NCBI GenBank assembly: GCA_002269645.1
Contig: NIVC01004451.1
Location: forward strand, 1-45,450
From: Macrostomum lignano
Lineage: Eukaryota
DNA: 45,450 bases
Reading direction: 5' to 3'
Every line of letters starts with the position of its first letter. Position 1 is the stretch's first letter. This document shows, piece after piece, positions 26,246 through 45,450 of this stretch. The notes under the pieces are model-generated. The model ran no database searches. It had not been told where the DNA came from and was given only the letters and a program-made list of their open reading frames with translations. The position numbers and the translations under genes were made by a program.

Positions 26246-26807
26246 CTATGAATGTCTGACTGTTCGTATAACTGAAGCCATATAAATAAATGAGGAAAGT
26301 CTGTCTACTCATTAAGCTCCTCTGTCTTGCATGATGAAGGCTCCAAAATCAGTGAAATTCATATCTCTCCGAGAGCTCCGCCTGCCTGTGCAAGCTGCAT
26401 CGTACCAAAGCACAGAAATTTCTGATTTATAAATTGCACTTGATTGACAGCAGGTGAGGTTTGTGTCAGCTTATGAGAGCAAACAGAACCCCATCAGCTA
26501 CTCATAGCTGTCAGTAAAGTCCCACAGAATTGAAGTGACTCAGTGCTGCAGGCCGCAGGTTCAGACGCACTCAGAAAGGAAACTCAGCGATATTCGAAAA
26601 ATGAAATCGCAGCTTTGCCTGCTACTGTCAGTAGAAAATAACGAAAATATTTTCATTGATTTGAAGCTGAATTAAATTGAGAAACTCATCGCATCCAATC
26701 AGAATCAGTCACATTTTGTTTTCACATCTGTTGAAAAAGGCTTCCGGAGGAAAGAATAACTCAATTCCTTATCCCAAGGTTCCGAGCTCGCTTCATTGGG
26801 AGCAGTG

Positions 26808-37399
<10,592 letters not shown>

Positions 37400-37577
37400 G
37401 AAAGTCCGGAGCAAGTCAACTACTTCAATAAACGAAACTGCAATTTTCCTACTGTTAGTAGTAGCGTTCTGCTGAAGCCATAGATAAAAAACTCTAATAA
37501 TTTCTGGTATATGTGGCTGAAGCTGAAAATTAGTTCCGTCAAAACTATTTACATGTAAAATCATAGCCTCCAACAGC

Positions 37578-38017
37578 TGACACAGTCCCATCTCCCAACA
37601 GGTGACACAGTCCCATCTACAACAGGTGACACAGTCCCATCTCCCAACAGGTGACACAGTCCCATCTCCCAACAGGTGACACAGTCCCATCTACAACAGG
37701 TGACACAGTCCCATCTCCCAACAGGTGACACGAATCTATCCAACAGGTGACACAAACCTATCCAACAGGTGACACAAACCTATCCAACAGGGGACACAAA
37801 TCTATCCAACAGGTGACACAAACCTATCCAGCAGGTGACACAAACCTATCCAACAGGTGACACAAACCTATCCAACAGGTGACACAAACCTATCCAGCAG
37901 GTGACACAAACCTATCCAACAGGTGACACAAACCTATCCAACAGGTGACACGAATCTATCCAACAGGTGACACAAACTTATCCAACAGGTGACACAAACT
38001 TTTCCAACAGGTGACAC
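37578..38017. repeat. Compound 24-bp then 22-bp minisatellite
   Basis: Units caacaggtgacacagtcccatctc and caacaggtgacacaaacctatc. Confidence 0.92.
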
Positions 38018-38093
38018 GCGTTTAAGAAGTAATGTAAATTGTATCTATTCCAATTATAGTAACTCCCCCAAGATTCCCCCCAAGTTTTTAATT

Positions 38094-41000
38094 GTTTAGA
38101 ATGATACTGTGTAATCTTGATTAAACTGCTCTCGCCCTTTGGCTTCAGCATTCATCATCTCTTACTCAACTGCTGTTGCTTATTGACTAAGAAATATACT
38201 CGATAAGCTGCTGCTGCGTCTGTAAATCCAACAGGTAGGTTATGGGCTCAGCATGATTCCATTGTGCATAAGCGGTAGCTGATTCAGAAGCCTTGCTCCG
38301 ACGGAGAATAAGCTTGTTCTCGACACAAACTGTCCGAGGAAATGGCGGATGGTGTCTGAATGTGTCCTGGTGTCCTTGAATATGTCCTGATGTCCTTGAA
38401 TATGTCCTGATGTCCTTGAATATGTCCTGGTGTCCTTGAATATGTCCTGATGTCCTTGAATATGTCCTGATGTCCTTGAATATGTCCTGGTGTCCTTGAA
38501 TATGTCCTGATGTCCTTGAATGTGTCCTGATGTCCACGAATGTGTCCTGGTGTCTTTGAATGTGTCCTGGTGTCCTTGAATGTGTCCTGGTGTCCTTGAA
38601 TATGTCCTGATGTCCTTGAATGTGTCCTGATGTCCACGAATGTGTCCTGGTGTCTTTGAATGTGTCCTGGTGTCCTTGAATGTGTCCTGATGTCCTTGAA
38701 TGTGTCCTGATGTCTTTGAATATGTCCTGATGTCCTTGAATGTGTCCTGGTGTCCTTGAATGTGTCCTGGTGTCCTTGAATGTGTCCTGGTATCCTTGAA
38801 TATGTCCTGGTGTCCACGAATGTGTCCTGGTGTCTTTGAATGTGTCCTGATGTCCTTGAACATGTCCTGATGTCTTTGAATGTGTCCTGATTTCCTTGAA
38901 TGTGTCCTGGTGTCCTTGAATGTGTCCTGGTGTCCTTGAATGTGTCCTGGTGTCTTTGAATGTGTCCTGGTGTCCTTGACTATGTCCTGATGTCCTTGAA
39001 TGTGTCCTGATGTCCTTGAATGTGTCCTGATGTCCTTGAATATGTCCTGATGTCCTTGAATGTGTCCTGGTGTCCTTGAATGTGTCCTGGTGTCCTTGAA
39101 TGTGCCCTGGTGTCCTTGAATATGTCCTGGTGTCTTTGAATGTGTCCTGGTGTCCTTGAATGTGTGCTGATGTCCTTGAATGTGTCCTGATGTCCTTGAA
39201 TATGTCCTGATGTCCTTGAATGTGTCCTGGTGTCCTTGAATGTGTCCTGGTGTCCTTGAATGTGTCCTGATGTCCTTGAATGTGTCCTGGTGTCCTTGAA
39301 TATGTCCTGATGTCCTTGAATATGTCCTGATGTCCTTGAATATGTCCTGGTGTCCTTGAATATGTCCTGATGTCCTTGAATGTGTCCTGATGTCCACGAA
39401 TGTGTCCTGGTGTCTTTGAATGTGTCCTGGTGTCCTTGAATGTGTCCTGGTGTCCTTGAATATGTCCTGGTGTCGACGAATGTGTCCTGGTGTCTTTGAA
39501 TGTGTCCTGGTGTCTTTGAATGTGTCCTGGTGTCTTTGAATGTGTCCTGGTGTCCTTGAATGTGTCCTGGTGTCCTTGAATGTGTCCTGGTGTCCTTGAA
39601 TATGTCCTGGTGTCGACGAATGTGTCCTGGTGTCTTTGAATGTGTCCTGATGTCCTTGAATATGTCCTGATGTCCTTGAATGTGTCCTGATGTCCTTGAA
39701 TGTGTCCTGGTGTCCTTGAATATGTCCTGATGTCCTTGAATGTGTCCTGATGTCCTTGAATGTGTCCTGATTTCCTTGAATATGTCCTGATGTCCTTGAA
39801 TATGTCCTGATGTCCTTGAATATGTCCTGGTGTCCTTGAATATGTCCTGGTGTCCTTGAACATGTCCTGATGTCCTTGAATATGTCCTGATGTCCTTGAA
39901 TATGTCCTGGTGTCCTTGAATATGTCCTGATGTCCTTGAATGTGTCCTGGTGTCCTTTGGTGGGAAGCGGAAGTGGAGTGACTATACCTGGAAGATTCAG
40001 GGTTTTGGGGGAGTCATCGACGGTTGATCATAGCTCGTATCCGCTATATGAAGGAGCTGACCGACAAACTGGTCTCTATCAACGGACCTGACAGTGAAGA
40101 GGACCAAGTGGTCATGCTGCTCAGCAGTCTGCCCGAGAACTACTCTACCTTGGTTACTAGGCTACAGGTGATTCACCAAGCACGCATCAACGAGGAGCAA
40201 AAGCGGAGTCAATTAGATGAGCGAGGGTTTGGAGGTGGAGAATCTGCACTGAAGGTCCAAAAAGGCCAAGGGCTGCCACGTCGTGCAGTCAAATGTTTTG
40301 CTTGAGGAAAAATTGGTCACGTGGCCCATCGAGCTGTCAAGACAAGTCATTCAGGAGGATTTAAAAAGACCTTCAAGGACCAGCTGCCAAAACAGCCGAA
40401 ACCTCACTTGATGATGACGCATCTAAAAGCTGCAACGAGACATTCTTTGTGTCTCCCATCAAGACCAGATCTGACATATCCAACTGGATAATTTGACTCG
40501 GATCGTCCTGCCACACTACATACTCTAGAGAGCTACTAGTCAACTACAACCTGTTTGCGCGACCTGAACGGGTCAGCCTAGGTGATGGTTGAACAGTCGC
40601 AGCGGCCTGCGGCAGCGGTCAAGTAAAACTCAGTATGCTCCTGCCACATGACAAACAAGCGTTTCAAGACTGCTGCGACGGATGTACTTCTAGTGCCTCG
40701 GCTGTCGTGCACGTGTTTAGTGTACGAGCTAGCAAAGGATAAAGGCGACATATTGCTGTCGATTCACCACAAGGTGCCACAAGTGCAACTTTATGGCACC
40801 AGCGTCTTGGTCCTGTCAGCGAGCACCAACAAAATAAAATGAGCAAAAGCCAACTAGTGAGTAGCATCTGCAAGTTGCAGACTGCATAAGTAGACAGCTT
40901 GGAACTTGAGCTCAAGATAACAGAACCGACACCACGTCAACAAGAACAGGAACAGTTAGTGTCGACAGAAACTGATCAGAAGCGATATCCTCAATGTGGG

Positions 41001-41325
41001 AGATCTCCCGACCGTCCCAGATATGAAGGCGCAAAAGTGGCACCTGAGACCGAACACTGCGTTCAGAATGACCGAAATTATCGAACCAACAGAGATCGAC
41101 GAAGCCCTGAAAGCTGACTACGCGAAGCAATGGAAAACTGCCGCTGAATCAGAATTCAGTTAATTCCCTGATGGAGAATGAAACCGGGATCAAATGGATC
41201 TCAAAGGTCAAGCATCACGGCGATGACAAGGTGGATCGCTTTAAGGGACGACTTGTAGCCGAGGGCTACTTACAGAAGTTCAGCGTAGATTATGAGAAGA
41301 CCTTCGCACCAGTTGTAAGAGCATT
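38094..41325 (+). mobile_element. Decayed Ty1/Copia LTR retrotransposon (5' LTR remnant, PBS, gag, protease, partial RT; integrase core and 3' end missing), split by a minisatellite
   Basis: ...ccaaca (38233) followed by PBS ggttatgggctcagc (38238-38252). gag VMLLSSLPENYSTLVT and a broken zinc knuckle (VKCFA*GKIGHV). Frameshifted protease WII-DSGSSCH...VSLGDG. RT start EPTEIDEALK...WKTAAESEF...RFKGRLVAEGYLQKFSVDYEKTFAPVVR. Multiple stops and frameshifts; the LTR left boundary is a guess (TGTT..AACA). Confidence 0.85.
38356..39955. repeat. 20-bp minisatellite, ~80 copies, inside Copia gag
   Basis: Unit gtgtcctggtgtccttgaat, with variants atgtcctgatgtccttgaat. Confidence 0.97.
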
Positions 41326-42475
41326 GCTATCTTCGAGTTCCATCTTTTAATCAAAGTTCTGACAGGTCTTTTTGAAAAAATCTACTCGAAAAATTGCAGG
41401 CCAAAAAAACTTTGAAATTAGAATGGCACAAATTTAAAATTGCTCTTCTTAGAATTAACAAGCTTTATTTATAATCAATTGAACTCGTTTTTAACGAATC
41501 AACAGTGAAAGCGGACAAGTACAAGAAGCACTTTTTTGACACTCCCAGACCCGATAAAGTTCTGATAAAAGAGCTCGCGCGCTAGTATAGATTTGCAACA
41601 TGCACAAAATACTTTTGCTCAATTGAGAACATCTACAACGAAAGGCTGGATACAGGTTGTTGCTAAAAAAACAGTTCTTTGGTAGCTCGATGAGGTTCGC
41701 AAAAATGAATGCGCAAAATATTCTGCTCTGAGAGACCGCCCGGGAGCGATGAGAAAGATTTGCTTGCGGCAGCGCTGGCGAGGCCGGGCATGAGAAAGAC
41801 TGGAGAAGAGCTGGAGATGAGCCGCGAAATTGATTATGAGTGAGAAAGATCAGGTTGAGAGCGTGAGAAAGATGAGATTACGGAGGTGAGAAAGATGAGA
41901 TCAAGGACGTGAGAAAGAGACAGGTGCGGGAAGACGAGCACGAGAATAATTACTTAAGAGATTACAAAGCGAAGCGGCTACCAGCCAGATAAAATAACAA
42001 GAAAGATTCAGGTACACAGCAGGACAAAAATATAACACAGACTTCGGCAATTAAAAAATAATTTACCAATAATAAATAGATGAACCGCAGGAGCGCAATT
42101 ATTAACACAGAACACTTTTTGGCGCGCAGGTCACACAAAATAATATTAAAATGATTTTTAATCTTTAAACAACCAACTCCAAAATTACCCAGCAAGCAGC
42201 TTTAATTTATCTCGCAATTGGAGAGGCCAATAGAGATTGCGACGAAGCACTGAGAGACACAAGCGAGACAGAGAGGCGTCTGCCATAATCATAGTGTGTT
42301 GCCACAATCGCAATTTATTATTGGCCTGCATGAACGCCATCTTAGCTGAATAAATAGAGGTAGCCATCAGAAAGACAATCATACTCATGATGGAATCCGA
42401 CGGTTCATGATTGAGCACTCGAAAAACCCACATTGGTCAGCTCATTTTTTGTACACTGGGCACTATATACATCCT

Positions 42476-43135
42476 ACATTGAGCACTCCATGTATCGCAG
42501 ATTGAGCACTCCATGTATCCCAGATTGAGCACTCCATATATCCCAAATTGAGCACTCAATATATTCCAGATTGAGCACTCCATATATCCCAGATTGAGCA
42601 CTCCATATATCCCAGATTGAGCACTCCATATATCCCAGATTGAGCACTCCATATGTCCCAGATTGAGCACTCAATATATTCCAGATTGAGCACTCAATAT
42701 ATCCCAGATTGTGGCACTCAATATATTCCAGATTGAGCACTCCATATGTCCCAGATTGGGCACTCCATATATCCCAGATTGAGCACTCAATATATCCCAG
42801 ATTGAGCAGTCAATATATCCCAGATTGTGGCACTCAATATATCCCAGATTGAGCACTCCATATATCCCAGATTGAGCACTCCATATATCCCAGATTGAGC
42901 ACTCCATATATCCCAGATTGAGCACTCCATATATCCCAAATTGAGCACTCCATATATCCCAGATTGAGCACTCCATATATCCCAGATTGAGCACTCCATA
43001 TATCCCAAATTGAGCACTCCATATATCCCAGATTGAGCACTCCATATATCCCAGATTGAGCACTCCATATATCCCAGAGTAATCACTCCATATATCCCAT
43101 ATTGGGCACTCCATACATCCCATATTGGGCACTGC
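42476..43135. repeat. 23-bp minisatellite, ~28 copies
   Basis: Unit ctccatatatcccagattgagca. Confidence 0.95.
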
Positions 43136-43716
43136 AAACCTGGGCACTCACTCTGGCTCCTGTTCAAGCTGAATAAACTTACAAAAACAGTCCAATGTGT
43201 CAGCAATTTACAACAATATACAATACAAACTGTAGCAATAAAATTAAACACAAAAAAGCAATAAACACAATTTATAAACAGGCGCATGGGGTTACAATGA
43301 GCAGAATTTTGCACACTGTGATTTCCCAAACAGAAGCCGCTTCAACAAAAGATACCTGGTACAATTAAATATATGAAAAACAGACTATGGAAGGCTTGCA
43401 GCCAATATCCATTCTTTCATGATTTTCTGCACAGCACGAAAAGCAAGCGCTTTAATAAACAACGAAAACTACAAAAAATACCAGAAATCGCTTGAGTAAA
43501 GATAACAAATGGTTGAATTTTATTGGCTAATAATACTTGGGATTTGCTAAAATACAGATCGACAATGACAGAACTGATTTCCCTGAATGACAAAGCGACT
43601 AAGCAGAGAATTTGCCGCTTAACAAAAATATGCGTCCTCAATACACGGTGCTTACGAACTTTAAATGATACGAGTACTTTACAGCTGGGGAATTTGTCTC
43701 TGTATAAACATCGTTC

Positions 43717-44195
43717 CTCAGCCAATCAGCGACTGTCTTCTATCCCACCCACTCCTTGAACCTGTCCTCAGCCAATCAGCAACCGTCTCCTATTCCACAC
43801 ACTCCTTGAACCTGTCCTCAGCCAATCAGCGACCGTCTCCTATTCCACACACTCCTTGAACCTGTCCTCAGCCAATCAGCGACCGTCTTCTGTCCCACAC
43901 ACTCCTTGAACCTATCCTCAGCCAATCAGCAACCGTCTCCTATTCCACACACTCCTTGAACCTGTCCTCAGCCAATCAGCGACCGTCTTCTATCCCACCC
44001 ACTCCTTGAACCTGTCCTCAGCCAATCATCTAATCGTCTCCTATCCCACACACTCCTTGAACCTGTCCTCAGCCAATCAGCGACCGTCTCCTATTCCACC
44101 CACTCCTTGAACCTGTCCTCAGCCAATCAGCGACCGTCTTCTGTCCCACACACTCTTTGAACCCGTCCTCAGCCAATCATCCAATCGTCTTCTAC
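43717..44195. repeat. 50-bp minisatellite, ~9 copies, each with AGCCAATCA
   Basis: Unit cctgtcctcagccaatcagcgaccgtctcctattccacacactccttgaa; period 50 (43761, 43811, 43861...). Confidence 0.95.
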
Positions 44196-44515
44196 CCCGA
44201 ACGTGTTGCTAACCACACGAAATTATCGAATTTTAAAACTCGTTAAAGAGATAAGAACTCTGATAAAATACTGCAGCTAACAGCAAGCAAAATTGAGACT
44301 TACAAGGCGAAAACGAAACAATGTATAAAATAAACTCAGTGAATTTGTAACACACTAAACCAGCATCTTCACCAGAGGATCCAAAAGTTGCTCAGGGAGT
44401 CGACTTGCCGGGGTCCGCAACCTGCAGAAGTTTAATAATATTCAAAATTTTTGCTGCTTTAAAAAGCGCACTGGCTTGTATGCAGGCTGGCTCAGTATAC
44501 GGGGTATATGGGTAG

Positions 44516-45450
44516 GGTCAGCTACCCTCATAAACCCAGTCACAATCTCACTAGCTACCCTCATAAACCCAGTCACAATCTCACTAGCTACCCTCATAAA
44601 CCCAGTCACAATCTCACTAGCTACCCTCATAAACCCAGTCACAATCTCACTAGCTACCCCCTTAAACCCAGTCACAATCTCACTAGCTACCCTCATAAAC
44701 CCAGTCACAATCTCACTAGCTACCCCCATAAACCCAGTCACAATCTCACTAGCTACCCATAAACCCAGTCACAATCTCACTAGCTACCCTCATAAACCCA
44801 GTCACAATCTCACTAGCTACCCGCATAAACCCAGTCACAATCTCACTAGCTAACCCCATAAACCCAGTCACAATCTCACTAGCTACCCGCAATACCCAGT
44901 CACAATCTCACTAGCTACCCCCATAACCCAGTCACAATCTCACTAGCTACCCGCATAAACCCAGTCACAATCTCACTAGCTACCCCATAAACCCAGTCAC
45001 AATCTCACTAGCTACCCCCATAAACCCAGTCACAATCTCACTAGCTACCCGCATAAACCCAGTCACAATCTCACTAGCTACCCCATAAACCCAGTCACAA
45101 TCTCACTAGCTACCCCATAAACCCAGTCACAATCTCACTAGCTACCCGCATAAACCCAGTCACAATCTCACTAGCTAACCCCATAAACCCAGTCACAATC
45201 TCACTAGCTAACCCCATAAACCCAGTCACAATCTCACTAGCTACCCGCATAAACCCAGTCACAATCTCACTAGCTAACCCCATAAACCCAGTCACAATCT
45301 CACTAGCTTACCCGCATAAACCCAGTCACAATCTCACTAGCTACCCATAAACCCAGTCACAATCTCACTAGCTACCCGCATAAACCCAGTCACAATCTCA
45401 CTAGCTAACCCCATAAACCCAGTCACAATCTCACTAGCTAACCCCATAAA
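44516..45450. repeat. ~33-bp minisatellite running off the window end
   Basis: Unit gctaccctcataaacccagtcacaatctcacta. Confidence 0.97.

Noticed and set aside
42185-42433. 82-aa minus-strand ORF with a donor-like end
   Set aside because: No recognisable family and no partner exons could be joined; left unannotated.
43160-43725. GPCR-like hydrophobic minus-strand frame with NSAHCNP
   Set aside because: Two in-frame stops; the hydrophobicity is explained by the T-rich strand; no DRY or other class A motifs.

Overview
Eukaryotic (animal) genomic DNA: GC-rich exons separated by introns filled with minisatellites. This style resembles the flatworm Macrostomum lignano (inference from sequence style only). 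I could splice four protein-coding genes by hand with phase-consistent junctions. (1) A + strand chromatin protein with KAT6/SAMD1-type winged helix, second WH-like segment, double PHD finger and C-terminal SAM domain (7952-13302). (2) A + strand PAQR/membrane progestin receptor-like gene (16077-17429). (3) A - strand secreted protein with a PAN/apple-like domain and an ALK/LTK-type glycine-rich domain (21728-24838). (4) A + strand anion-selective Cys-loop channel subunit (26808-37399) with one GC-AG intron. There is also a weaker candidate orphan gene (18589-20140). Mobile DNA: two RNase H-bearing non-LTR retrotransposon 3' fragments, a tRNA-derived CORE-SINE, a possible solo LTR packed with TF sites, and a decayed Copia element split by a 1.6 kb minisatellite. 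About 30 tandem arrays account for most long ORFs in the supplied track, which are artefacts. No prokaryotic features or CRISPR arrays. All coordinates, alignments and copy numbers were read by hand and no database search was run.
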